This document shows, one piece after another, positions 51,220 through 61,126 of a stretch of 64,000 nucleotides of DNA. The stretch comes from a bacterium (GTDB lineage: Bacteria; Zhuqueibacterota; Zhuqueibacteria; Residuimicrobiales; Krinioviventaceae), in contig CAXXFV010000027.1 in the NCBI GenBank assembly GCA_963674595.2, positions 128,001 through 192,000 on the forward strand. Direction: 5' to 3'. The notes below the pieces were generated by a model. It was given only the letters and a program-made list of their open reading frames with translations, did not search any database and was not told where the DNA came from. Made by a program: the position numbers and the translations under genes. The number at the start of each line of letters is the position of its first letter. The first letter of the stretch is position 1.

Positions 51220-51717
51220 ATGGGTAAAATAGAACTGGAAGTAAAAAGTCCGGCATTTCAGGAAGGCGATTGGATTCCGAAAAAACATTCGGCACGAGGC
51301 GAGGATATTTCTCCCTGTCTCAAATTAGAAGGGATATCCCAAGATGCAAAATCAATTGCCATTACAATGGATGATGCATCGCATCCTTTGTTCCCGGATT
51401 ACAATCACTGGTTAATTTGGAATGTTCCCGTCCAAAACAATATTCCGGAAGCAATTCCTCCCGGTAAAGTTGTAGAAAACCTGGATGGCGCTATACAGGG
51501 AAGGGCCTATGGAAGAAACCGTTATAAAGGTCCCAAACCGCCTTTTAAAGTTATTCACACCTATGTATTTACCGTATTCATTCTTGACTGTAAACTGGAT
51601 TTGTCCCCTAAATGCAAAAAATCTGATCTGTTTGAAAAAATGCAAGGACATATTTTACAAAAGGGTACACTGTCCGGCAAGTTTCAGAGCAGAAGAAAAG
51701 AGAATGACGAATTATAA
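51220..51717 (+). CDS. YbhB/YbcL (PEBP/RKIP-like) protein
   Basis: SPAF..GEDISP, HWLIWN, YKGPKPP..HTYVF. Confidence 0.88.
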   Translation: MGKIELEVKSPAFQEGDWIPKKHSARGEDISPCLKLEGISQDAKSIAITMDDASHPLFPDYNHWLIWNVPVQNNIPEAIPPGKVVENLDGAIQGRAYGRNRYKGPKPPFKVIHTYVFTVFILDCKLDLSPKCKKSDLFEKMQGHILQKGTLSGKFQSRRKENDEL

Positions 51718-51802
51718 ATAATTTATTAAAAGCAATAGTTGCTTCCCTCCTGCTGTTCCAGTTTGCCTGCTGAAATATATCACAATTTATTTTAAAAAAA
51801 CC

Positions 51803-51984
51803 TTGCACTGATTTTATTTAATTTGTAATATTAAAATGTCAGTGCTAACGAATTGTTTTCAGAACGGTTGGGAGTATGCGGGCGATTCTGAAATCTGTTT
51901 TTGCTGATTTTCCATCTTAAAAATATGGGCACCAAACAAACACGAGGAAGAGATTGAACCGGGACGTAAATCACATTCCTGTTG
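51803..51984 (+). promoter_or_regulatory. Promoter plus conserved structured leader, copy 3 of 3
   Basis: TTGCAC-17-TAATAT, then GTCAGTG/TGCTGAT and TTTCAGAA/TTCTGAAA stems; aligns with the other two copies. Confidence 0.6.
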
Positions 51985-52083
51985 TTAATCCACCAAACCT
52001 TATTTGGCTGGGAAAAGTACGTTCTGTTGTGGGAAAAATTCCAGTTAATTAAATCTGTTTTTATCTATTTCGGGAGACATGAC

Positions 52084-52335
52084 ATGGAAAGCAAAAAGAC
52101 AACAAACCTGTTACTTTTAATCATTACTGTTTGTTTAATCCTCATCACAGGTAAGTTATATAATGTCCCTTTAACATCAGATGCCAATGCACAAAACAGT
52201 ACGATGAATGTAAAAGTTGAAAACTTTGAAGAGTTAGAGTGGAAAATAAGATACCAATTAATGGCGATATTTAATTTAAGTCTAACTAAAAAATCATTAG
52301 ATGTAAACGTGCTTAATATAGATGATTTAAAATAA
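52084..52335 (+). CDS. Small hypothetical exported/membrane-anchored protein (83 aa)
   Basis: GGAG RBS before MESKKTTNLLLLIITVCLIL..ANAQ. Confidence 0.6.
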   Translation: MESKKTTNLLLLIITVCLILITGKLYNVPLTSDANAQNSTMNVKVENFEELEWKIRYQLMAIFNLSLTKKSLDVNVLNIDDLK

Positions 52336-52398
52336 AAGAATAAAGTTTCTAAAAACTTTCAAACTATGTTACCATCCTGTTCATACTCAGAGGTGCCT

Positions 52399-54429
52399 AT
52401 GCTAAATCGACACGGAAACGCACTAAAGATATTATTTATCCTGATATTTTTGCACACAATACCACTCTTTTCACAAACACAGGGAAAACTTGCCATTGCT
52501 GTGGTGGACCTGGATGCTCCCGGTTTAAAAGCCGGAACACGGAAGGCCTTGTCCGACCGGTTAAGGAATGAACTTTTCTATACGGGCCGTTTTTCAGTTA
52601 TGGAACGCCATAAAATGGAAGATATTTTAAAAGAGCAGGGATTTCAACAGTCCGGTTGTACAAGCAAAGAATGTGTTGTTGAGGTTGGTCGTATATTAGG
52701 CGTAAAGCAGATGATCTCGGGCAGTGTCGGTAAAGTGGGCACGATTTATACCATTTCACTTCGTATGATTGATATTGAAACCGGACGAATTATGCTCACC
52801 AAAACAGAAGACTGTAACTGTCCCATTGAAATGGTGTTGACCACTGCGCTGCGTAATATTGCCATTAAAATGGCCGGCCTACCTCTGAACAATAAAACTC
52901 TCAGGGAAATACAAAAACGGTCAGCTATTGGGACCGGTGATTTTTATTTCAAATCAGAGCCGGTAGGCGCCACAGTATATATCGATGAAAAACCGCAAAC
53001 CGGGGTAACGCCTTTAACAATTGAGAATATTCCGACAGGGATACACCAAATAAGTATGAAAAAAGGCAATTACAGCGGCAGTCAAACAGTTTATCTCGAA
53101 CCCAACGAATTTAAAAGAGTGGAAATTAAACTGGTAAAAGCAAAAGGTTCATTAAAAATAATTTCCCAGCCTTTGGAAGCAGACATTTTTCTGGACAATA
53201 AATACAGTGGTAAAACACCTCAAACCCTGTCGAATCTGGATGCCGGAGAACATCGTCTTAAACTTTCCAAATCCGGCTATGAAGACTATGAACAAGTCTT
53301 ATCAATTAAAGGCAATAAACAGGAACGAATAACTGTGGATTTGCCCGAAATACTGCCGGCAACTTTAAAGATTATATCACAACCGGCAGATTGTGATGTT
53401 TACCTGAACAGGCAATTTAAAGGGAAAACACCTCTGGTTCTCCATAAAGTAACACCCGGTTTTACATCCATTCTTCTAACTCATCCGATGCACAAAGACT
53501 GGATGACCACAATTGTTTTAGAAAGCACAGAAGCCAAAGAACTGGAACCCGTTTTAAAGAAAAAAACAGGCAAAATTGTAATTAATTCAAAACCTGATGG
53601 AGCAGATATAAAAATTAATGGCGTTCCAACAGGAAAAACTCCTCTTGTGATCTCTGAGATTGAATATGGCAAATATACAATTAAAATATCCAAGCGGGAT
53701 TATGAAACAAAAACGGAATATATATCACTTTATTCAGAGAATACAAAGACAATTAACACCAGACTTTTGCCCGGGAAAGCAAAACTTACCATCAAAGGCA
53801 GCCCAGCCGGTGCAGATATTTTAATTAATAACGAATTAGCCGGGAATATGCCTTTGACAAAAAATGAAATGGACGCCGGTGAATATTCCATACGAATCAC
53901 GGCCTCAGGTTACGAAAATCAAAAGGCAAAAATTAAACTATTACCCAATAAAACCAGTGACATTAAAATTGATTTAACACGAAAATCGAATAAAAGGGCT
54001 TTTTATCGTTCTTTGTGTCTTCCCGGGTTGGGACAGCACTATTTGGGGAAAAATCAAAAAACCGTCATCTTTCCAATTCTTGAAATAGGGGCGATAACAG
54101 GGATTCTTTTATGCGAAAAAAATTTCTCCAAAGCCAACTCAGACTATAACACTGCACGTACAAATTATTCTCAAACAGCGGAACAATATCTCCTTGACCG
54201 ATATTACGCACAAATGAAAAATTATTATAATGAAATAAAATCCGCAGAAAAAAAGCGTAATTTTTTTATTGGAGCTGCGGTTGGAATATGGATTTGGAAC
54301 GCTGTTGATGCCCTGCTATTTTCTTCTAATTCAGATACAATGACCAGAATGAATGAAAATAGCGACGTCAAACTTTCCTCATCTAATTTTGATGGGAAAC
54401 AACTGATCGGATTGAATATTAATTTTTAG
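52399..54429 (+). CDS. PEGA-repeat protein with N-terminal CsgG/FlgO-like domain and C-terminal membrane region
   Basis: IAVVDLD..LSDRLR..MEDILKEQGFQQSGC..VEVGRILGV; five S.P.GA.V.I.G..GKTP PEGA repeats; SLCLPGLGQHY. Confidence 0.82.
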   Translation: MLNRHGNALKILFILIFLHTIPLFSQTQGKLAIAVVDLDAPGLKAGTRKALSDRLRNELFYTGRFSVMERHKMEDILKEQGFQQSGCTSKECVVEVGRILGVKQMISGSVGKVGTIYTISLRMIDIETGRIMLTKTEDCNCPIEMVLTTALRNIAIKMAGLPLNNKTLREIQKRSAIGTGDFYFKSEPVGATVYIDEKPQTGVTPLTIENIPTGIHQISMKKGNYSGSQTVYLEPNEFKRVEIKLVKAKGSLKIISQPLEADIFLDNKYSGKTPQTLSNLDAGEHRLKLSKSGYEDYEQVLSIKGNKQERITVDLPEILPATLKIISQPADCDVYLNRQFKGKTPLVLHKVTPGFTSILLTHPMHKDWMTTIVLESTEAKELEPVLKKKTGKIVINSKPDGADIKINGVPTGKTPLVISEIEYGKYTIKISKRDYETKTEYISLYSENTKTINTRLLPGKAKLTIKGSPAGADILINNELAGNMPLTKNEMDAGEYSIRITASGYENQKAKIKLLPNKTSDIKIDLTRKSNKRAFYRSLCLPGLGQHYLGKNQKTVIFPILEIGAITGILLCEKNFSKANSDYNTARTNYSQTAEQYLLDRYYAQMKNYYNEIKSAEKKRNFFIGAAVGIWIWNAVDALLFSSNSDTMTRMNENSDVKLSSSNFDGKQLIGLNINF

Positions 54430-54445
54430 TCAATGGGGATGCCAT

Positions 54446-56770
54446 ATGAAACGTTTACTAGTATATTCTTACCTTTTGATCATTTTTGCGTTTATTGCTA
54501 TAATACATTGTGAAAAAAAGCCAACTGAACCGGAACGGGACAATCCGTTAGATGTAAAAAATGTTACAACAGTCGGAGATCCTTTTAACCTGACCTGTGC
54601 TTTTGCCAATGGCGGGGTGAAGCTAACCTGGACCAAAGTCGGTTTGTCATCAATTAAAGGATATAATATTTATCGCAGTGAATCACAAGAAACAGGATAT
54701 ACCCAAATACATCAGGCATTGAATACCTACACATTCACAGATAAAGCCGTGAAAAACGGTCATGTTTATTATTATAAAATCACAGCGTTTTTAACAAATG
54801 GCCAGGAAAATAACCAAAGCAACATTGAAGCGGTTCGTATTCACACGGACCCTTTGATTGTAATAAACAGCGATGAACAATATTCGGCCATTCGTAATGT
54901 TGAACTGACAATCATCGCATCCGATGCCAAGGAAATGTGGCTGTGTAATAATGATCAATTCACCGAAGGCAACTGGGAAAGTTATAATTCATTAAAGGAC
55001 TGGACATTATCCACAGGAGAAGGCACAAAGAATGTCTACCTGAAAATAAAATATGAAAATGATGAGGTTTCCAATATATCTTCAGACAATATTCTGCCCC
55101 TGCCCATGCAGCCGTCGGTTAAAATTGCCAATGACAGTGTGTATACATCCAGACGGGATGTTTCAGTGTTATTTTCAGCAACCGGTGAAAATTTATATAT
55201 GAAAGTCAGTCAGGATTCAGGTTTTACAAATATTGGCTGGGAAGAATACACAACCTCTAAAAATATGACACTACCTGCCGGTGACGGCACTAAAACAGTA
55301 TATGCTAAGTTTAAAAATGATTTTGAAATCGAATCAGCTACCATTTCAGATGATATTCTACCGCAGCCGATGAAACCTGAAATTATTATTTCTGATGGTA
55401 GTACTTATACTTCAACCCGTGAGACAGTATTAAATTTAAAGGCAACCGGTGAAAATTTATATATGAAAGTTAGCCAGGATTCCGGTTTTACAAATGTTTC
55501 CTGGGAAGAGTATACAACCTCTAAAAATATGACATTACCTGATGGTGATGGAGCCAAAACAGTATATGCTAAATTTAAAAATGATTTTGAAATCGAATCA
55601 AACATAATTTCTAATTCAATCATATTAGATATGACAGGTCCTATAGCAGATTTTTCTGTTACACCAACCATTGGAGTTGCTAATGTAACATTTTTTGAAT
55701 TTGATGCAACCAACAGCTATGATAATTTCTCACTCATGCTGCGCTGGGATTGGGATAATGATGGTAACTATGATACGGACTGGTGGACAATCAAAACAGC
55801 AACCCAACTTTTTCAAACTGGCGGTGGTGACAGAACTGTTGGATTACAAGTAAAGGATGGTGCTGGACATACCGCTCATATAAGTAAATCTGTTTATGTT
55901 AATACATATCCTGTTGCATCTTTTACAGTATCCTGGGATGAAAATACTTATCTACTTTATCACGTTGACGCTTCTTTTTCATCAGATTATGAGGATGGCA
56001 AAAATCTGGAGTATCGCTGGGACTGGAACAATGACGGTATATGGGACACCCATTTTAGTTCTAATAAGATTATAGCTCATCAATATAGTAGTGAAGGTAA
56101 TAAGATAGTAAAACTTGAGGTTAGGGATACAAAAGGGCTAACACATTCAACAGTAAAGCAACTGTCTGAGCCATTTACAGTAACCGATATTGACGGAAAT
56201 ACATATAAAGTAGTAAAAATTGGTAATCAATGGTGGATGGCCGAAAACTTAAAAGTTACACATTACGGAAATGGTGACGCCATACCCAAGGTAATTGAAG
56301 AGGGCTCTTGGTATTTTACTAATTCCGGTGCTTATTGTATATATGACAATAACGACGAAAATGCATCTACTTATGGTTGTTTATATAACTGGTATGCTGT
56401 TTATGATACCCGTAAAGTAGCCCCTGATGGTTGGCATGTTCCAAATGATGAAGAATGGAATACATTAATTGATTATCTAGGTGGAAGTGAAATTGCAGGC
56501 GGTAAAATGAAAGAGGCTGGTACTGTTCACTGGCAAAGCCCAAATACCGGAGCGACGAATGAAAGTGGATTTTCAGCAGTACCTAGCGGTTACAGGACAT
56601 TAAGTGGGAGTGAATTTTTATTTTCAGGTCAGAGGTCCTATTATTGGTCTGCTACAAATGCCGCAATTATAGATGCAAGAAATTTTAGTCTCAATTATCG
56701 AAGTGCCGAAATTTATAATGTAGGAAGTAACAAAAAGTGGGGCTTTTCTGTTCGCTGCATACGAGACTAA
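54446..56770 (+). CDS. Lipoprotein with FN3, internal repeats, PKD domains and C-terminal FISUMP (Fibrobacter succinogenes major paralogous) domain
   Basis: Lipobox IIHC, ERDNPLD; RWDWDNDG PKD motifs; TDIDGNTYKVVKIGNQWWMAENLK..LYNWYAV..GFSVRCIRD. Confidence 0.87.
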   Translation: MKRLLVYSYLLIIFAFIAIIHCEKKPTEPERDNPLDVKNVTTVGDPFNLTCAFANGGVKLTWTKVGLSSIKGYNIYRSESQETGYTQIHQALNTYTFTDKAVKNGHVYYYKITAFLTNGQENNQSNIEAVRIHTDPLIVINSDEQYSAIRNVELTIIASDAKEMWLCNNDQFTEGNWESYNSLKDWTLSTGEGTKNVYLKIKYENDEVSNISSDNILPLPMQPSVKIANDSVYTSRRDVSVLFSATGENLYMKVSQDSGFTNIGWEEYTTSKNMTLPAGDGTKTVYAKFKNDFEIESATISDDILPQPMKPEIIISDGSTYTSTRETVLNLKATGENLYMKVSQDSGFTNVSWEEYTTSKNMTLPDGDGAKTVYAKFKNDFEIESNIISNSIILDMTGPIADFSVTPTIGVANVTFFEFDATNSYDNFSLMLRWDWDNDGNYDTDWWTIKTATQLFQTGGGDRTVGLQVKDGAGHTAHISKSVYVNTYPVASFTVSWDENTYLLYHVDASFSSDYEDGKNLEYRWDWNNDGIWDTHFSSNKIIAHQYSSEGNKIVKLEVRDTKGLTHSTVKQLSEPFTVTDIDGNTYKVVKIGNQWWMAENLKVTHYGNGDAIPKVIEEGSWYFTNSGAYCIYDNNDENASTYGCLYNWYAVYDTRKVAPDGWHVPNDEEWNTLIDYLGGSEIAGGKMKEAGTVHWQSPNTGATNESGFSAVPSGYRTLSGSEFLFSGQRSYYWSATNAAIIDARNFSLNYRSAEIYNVGSNKKWGFSVRCIRD
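55178..55600 (+). repeat. Intragenic tandem duplication, 264-bp (88-aa) period
   Basis: GCAACCGGTGAAAATTTATATATGAAAGT..GATTTTGAAATCGAATCA at 55178 and 55442, nearly identical. Confidence 0.85.
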
Positions 56771-56908
56771 GATATTTCCAGCATAAACAGTTTCAAGAGC
56801 AATATTATGCGAACTTTGCAGAGTATGATTATTTATAAGGTCAATTGAAATTAACTGCCGGTATATAGAAGGAAGAATAAATTAGGGGTCAAATCACATA
56901 CGGGAATG

Positions 56909-56939
56909 AATGGTGGAATCCGTATTGAACTCCACCATT
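56909..56939. terminator. Hairpin between convergent genes
   Basis: AATGGTGGA/TCCACCATT stem just past the stop of the small minus-strand gene. Confidence 0.55.
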
Positions 56940-56945
56940 TAAGAG

Positions 56946-57116
56946 TTAAAAACCTTTTAATACGGTTCCGAGGAAAAGAAGAATATAACCGATTACGACC
57001 AACCAGAAGGCATATACACTGAGGAATGGTACCGTAACAACAGCGCCGATAACACCAAGTATTGCCAAAATTAGTGAAACTAACCAAACATTCTTTTTAG
57101 GTGCTGAAAGTTTCAT
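56946..57116 (-). CDS. Small two-helix membrane protein (56 aa); not in the ORF track
   Basis: GGAGG RBS; MKLSAPKKNVWLVSLILAILGVIGAVVTVPFLSVYAFWLVVIGYILLFLGTVLKGF*. Confidence 0.8.
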   Translation of the reverse strand: MKLSAPKKNVWLVSLILAILGVIGAVVTVPFLSVYAFWLVVIGYILLFLGTVLKGF

Positions 57117-57366
57117 AGTTCCTCCACTTTTTGTTAAAATGTATTGTTAACACACGGCACAATAGCCGCTTAATTTTCACAAAACTGGTATTGTCTTTAA
57201 CTCTTAAAACAGTCCGTAATTATACTAAAAAGCTGTACAAACATATTCTTAAAAAAATTATATCAAATAATCATATAAATAGCAAGAATAAATTCAAAAT
57301 ATTTCCCTTGATTTATTTGCTAAAATATTTTAGTATAACAATCAAATTTTTGCTATCAGACTCTTA

Positions 57367-59799
57367 ATGATGGGAGACATCATGGATGATTATGAAAAGT
57401 TAGGTGCATTTTATTTGGGGCGGACACATGATCTCGATAAAAATATTACGCGCAACGAGCTGCTTCTTTATGATTCAAAAGATTTGACCACGCACGCCGT
57501 TTGTATTGGTATGACAGGAAGCGGCAAGACCGGTTTATGCATAGATCTGCTGGAAGAAGCCGCCATTGATGGCATACCCGCACTTGTTATTGATCCCAAA
57601 GGTGACATGACAAATCTGCTTCTAAATTTTCCTAATCTTTCCGCTGAGGAATTTAAACCCTGGATTAATGAGAACGATGCCAGGAAAAATGAAATATCTC
57701 CTGAAGAATATGCAGAAAAACAGGCTGTTTTTTGGAAAACGGGATTAAACAAGTGGGACCAGGGTAGTGAAAGAATTCATCGCCTTAGAAATGCTGCAGA
57801 GTTTGATATTTTTACACCGGGCAGTTCTGCCGGTTTACCTGTTTCCATATTAAAATCATTTTCAGTTCCTCCACAGGAAGTGCTGGATGATACCGATACA
57901 TTAAATGAACGAATCTCCATGACAACAACCAGTTTATTGAGTTTGATGGGGATTGATGCTGACCCGATTAAGAGTCGCGAACATATTCTAATGTCAACTA
58001 TTATCAATTATTATTGGACGAATGGTCAGGATTTGGATTTGGCCTCCTTAATCCAGGCGATTCAATCTCCCCCTGTTTCCCGGATAGGTGTATTTGATTG
58101 TGATGTATTTTACCCTGCAAAAGAACGATTTGAATTAGCCATGATCCTGAATAACCTGCTTGCAGCGCCAAGTTTCCAAACATGGCTTGAAGGTGAAAGT
58201 CTGGACATTAATTCGTTGCTTTACACACAAACCGGCAAACCAAGAATATCTATTTTTTCTATCGCGCATTTATCGGATAATGAACGAATGTTTTTTGTGT
58301 CACTTTTACTTAACCAAATTCTGGGTTGGATAAGGACACAATCCGGAACATCGAGTTTGAAAGCAATTTTATATTTTGATGAAATATTCGGTTATCTACC
58401 GCCAACAGCTAATCCTCCCTCGAAAAAAGCACTATTGACATTATTAAAACAGGCAAGAGCATTTGGGTTAGGTATTGTGCTTTCCACACAAAATCCTGTT
58501 GATTTGGATTATAAAGGCTTGTCAAATACGGGCACATGGTTTATCGGGCGTTTACAAACAGAGCGTGACAGAGACAGAGTTTTAGACGGGCTTTTGGGTT
58601 CTTCGAGTCAGGGTTTTGATCGCAATACTTTAGAACAAATGATATCTCAACTTGGGAAAAGAATATTTTTACTGCACAATGTTCATGAACAAAAGCCTGA
58701 GCTCTTTGAAACCCGATGGGCAATGTCCTATCTAACGGGTCCGCTTACAAGACCTCAAATCAAAAAACTGATGGATGTTAAAAAGAACAAAATTAAAGCA
58801 GGTATTGAATCACCTGTTGAAGAAGGCCCAAAAGTTACAGAAACAAGCAGCCGCCCTAATCTTGCACCGGAAATAAATCAATTTTTTATAAATGTCAAAA
58901 GATCAATTCCTGAACAGCAACCAATCGTATATCGGCCTTTTATATGGGGCAGTGCAATAGTACAATTCAGGGACAAGCCGCGAAACATTGATATGCAGGA
59001 GACATTTAAAATCATCACACCAATAAATAATGAAATTATTGCTGTTGACTGGAACAATTCAGAGGCCATTGACCTGGAAATTTCAGAACTTTCAAAAGAA
59101 AGTGAAAAATATGCAAAGTATGAAAATTTGCCGATAGCCGCAAACCAACTAAAAAGTTACAAGGCGTGGCAAAAGGATTTTATTGGATATATTCATCAAA
59201 ACAAAAAATTAACATTACTCAAAAGTGTTAATTACAAGATCACCTCAGAGCCAAATGAAACAGAGAGAGATTTTCGAATCCGTTTATCACAAATAGCAAG
59301 AGAACAAAGAGACGAATGGACCGGTAAGCTACGCGAAAAATATGCAAAAAAATTATCTTCCCTGGAAGCTAAAATTAGAACGGCAGAAGATCGTGTGGAG
59401 CGGGAGATGGCACAGGCAAAACAACAAAAAATGCAAACGGCAATATCAATTGGAACGACCATTCTGGGCGCATTTTTGGGACGAAAAGCTCTTAACCGAA
59501 CAGCTATCAACAAAGCTGGGACGGCAATACGAAGCGCCGGCCGCAGCAGAAAAGAAGCCGGAGACGTGGCAAGGGCCCAGGAAAATTTAAAAGTATTGCA
59601 GGAACAACTGGACGAAATTAATGAAAAATTCCAGACTGAGCTTGAGGACTATTCTTTAAAAAATGATGTTAACCAGGAAGAGTTTGAAACAATTTTTATC
59701 CGACCTTTAAAAACCAACATTTCAGTACAGTTGTTAAGTTTGGTTTGGGTTCCATTCCAGGAGTTAGAAGACGGAATTATTGTTCAGGCATATAGCTAA
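57367..59799 (+). CDS. DUF87/HerA-FtsK-like P-loop ATPase with C-terminal coiled coil
   Basis: THAVCIGMTGSGKTG, IDPKGD, YFDEIFG, LLKQARAFG, TQNPVDLDYK. Confidence 0.85.
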   Translation: MMGDIMDDYEKLGAFYLGRTHDLDKNITRNELLLYDSKDLTTHAVCIGMTGSGKTGLCIDLLEEAAIDGIPALVIDPKGDMTNLLLNFPNLSAEEFKPWINENDARKNEISPEEYAEKQAVFWKTGLNKWDQGSERIHRLRNAAEFDIFTPGSSAGLPVSILKSFSVPPQEVLDDTDTLNERISMTTTSLLSLMGIDADPIKSREHILMSTIINYYWTNGQDLDLASLIQAIQSPPVSRIGVFDCDVFYPAKERFELAMILNNLLAAPSFQTWLEGESLDINSLLYTQTGKPRISIFSIAHLSDNERMFFVSLLLNQILGWIRTQSGTSSLKAILYFDEIFGYLPPTANPPSKKALLTLLKQARAFGLGIVLSTQNPVDLDYKGLSNTGTWFIGRLQTERDRDRVLDGLLGSSSQGFDRNTLEQMISQLGKRIFLLHNVHEQKPELFETRWAMSYLTGPLTRPQIKKLMDVKKNKIKAGIESPVEEGPKVTETSSRPNLAPEINQFFINVKRSIPEQQPIVYRPFIWGSAIVQFRDKPRNIDMQETFKIITPINNEIIAVDWNNSEAIDLEISELSKESEKYAKYENLPIAANQLKSYKAWQKDFIGYIHQNKKLTLLKSVNYKITSEPNETERDFRIRLSQIAREQRDEWTGKLREKYAKKLSSLEAKIRTAEDRVEREMAQAKQQKMQTAISIGTTILGAFLGRKALNRTAINKAGTAIRSAGRSRKEAGDVARAQENLKVLQEQLDEINEKFQTELEDYSLKNDVNQEEFETIFIRPLKTNISVQLLSLVWVPFQELEDGIIVQAYS

Positions 59800-59882
59800 T
59801 TAATAAGTTATTTTTTTAACAGAAAAATTCCTTTTATAATTACTCAGCATTATATATTTAATAAAAAATCATTTAAATACAA

Positions 59883-59912
59883 AAAAAATGACTGCCAAAG
59901 CAGTCATTTTTT
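59883..59912. terminator. Bidirectional Rho-independent terminator
   Basis: AAAAAATGACTGC-CAAA-GCAGTCATTTTTT between convergent genes. Confidence 0.85.
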
Positions 59913-59938
59913 GTAACGAATTCATTTTTGATTAACAA

Positions 59939-60529
59939 TTAACGGCGTTTACCAAGGAATCCGCCTAAAAGATTTCCTAATGCTCCCTTGGATTTTTGCG
60001 AAAAGACATCTCCTGCAAGGCCTTTCATGAGAAAACCAGAAACATCATCCAAAATATTGCCATCGCCATCCTGATCGATTAAGGCAGCTATTCCGTTTAA
60101 ACCCACGCCGCCTTGATCACGTTTCTGAGTCAGGGCACCGAGAACTATTGGAGCCAGCATTGGGATAATTTTCATTGCTACATTTTTATCCAGTTTGAAT
60201 TGTTTCGCAATCGTATTAACCCCTTGTAAACCTGCCTGGCCTAAAAGTCCTCCTAATTGGGGATCAGGATTATCTTCGCTGGATTTTGCTTTCAAGGTTG
60301 CACCAATATTGTCAAGAACATCCGCACTTCCATATTTATCAAGAATATGATTAGCACGGTCCGCGCCTCCCCTCGTTTCCATCTGGCGCTTTAAACCACC
60401 AAGGATAAGTGGCGCAACTTGAGGTATAATTTGAGCAGCTACATTCTTGTCAATGCCCAAATTTGAAGAAAGTTGCTTGCTTACTTCAGGTCCCAATGAT
60501 TTAACGAAATCATCGATAAAGTTTGCCAT
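59939..60529 (-). CDS. DUF937 family protein
   Basis: Helical Gly/Leu-rich; PMLAPIVLGAL; IDQDGDGNILDD; GGFLG C-terminus. Confidence 0.8.
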   Translation of the reverse strand: MANFIDDFVKSLGPEVSKQLSSNLGIDKNVAAQIIPQVAPLILGGLKRQMETRGGADRANHILDKYGSADVLDNIGATLKAKSSEDNPDPQLGGLLGQAGLQGVNTIAKQFKLDKNVAMKIIPMLAPIVLGALTQKRDQGGVGLNGIAALIDQDGDGNILDDVSGFLMKGLAGDVFSQKSKGALGNLLGGFLGKRR

Positions 60530-60608
60530 TGTAATATTCCTTTTTAAAAAAAGGTATTGTCATTGACAACACCTCTTATTTAGTTTCAAATTCAAAAAGT
60601 TTAATTTT

Positions 60609-61046
60609 TTAGCTTATCTTTGGAATACGAATCCTTTGACCAGGATATATCAGGTTTGCATCTTTAATTACTTCTCTGTTTGCCTCAAAAATAACGGGAT
60701 ATTTCATTGCATTGCCATAATAGTGTTTTGCAATTTTGGAAAGCGTATCACCGGATTTTATAGTATAAAACTCGGCGACCTCTTCCTCATGAGGCGTTGT
60801 TAATTGCTCATCATCAACTTTGGCAACACCTTTAATATTTCCCGCCAATAAAACGGCTTTTTCCTTGGTTGCTTGAGAATCACAACTTCCGGATAAAACT
60901 ATTGTTCCATCTGCAAAGGTAACTTTTAGGTCAGTAATTTTGTCGCCAAGTTCTTTAGTTAACAGAGCTTTAACTTCTTCATCCTCCTTTTTCCCTTTAC
61001 CAAACAAGTTAGCTCCAACATCTTTAACAAAATCGAAAAATGCCAT
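60609..61046 (-). CDS. BON + LysM protein (YgaU/Kbp-like)
   Basis: MAFFDFVKDVG..KEKAVLLAGNIKGV..YTIKSGDTLSKIAK..YPVIFEAN..IYPGQ. Confidence 0.9.
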   Translation of the reverse strand: MAFFDFVKDVGANLFGKGKKEDEEVKALLTKELGDKITDLKVTFADGTIVLSGSCDSQATKEKAVLLAGNIKGVAKVDDEQLTTPHEEEVAEFYTIKSGDTLSKIAKHYYGNAMKYPVIFEANREVIKDANLIYPGQRIRIPKIS

Positions 61047-61126
61047 TTTGTAGTCCTTATTATTAAGTGATTAATTATTCAATATTAGAAAAAAGGAGTA
61101 ATAAAACCTTAAAGATTTATTTATTC

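Noticed and set aside
56550-56770. FISUMP C-terminus as a DGR variable region
   Set aside because: No template repeat or reverse transcriptase in the window, no clear downstream GC hairpin, and many codons end in A/G; a remote TR cannot be excluded without a genome search
57367-59799. HerA-based antiphage system
   Set aside because: No adjacent Sir2, NurA or other nuclease partner; context is housekeeping-like
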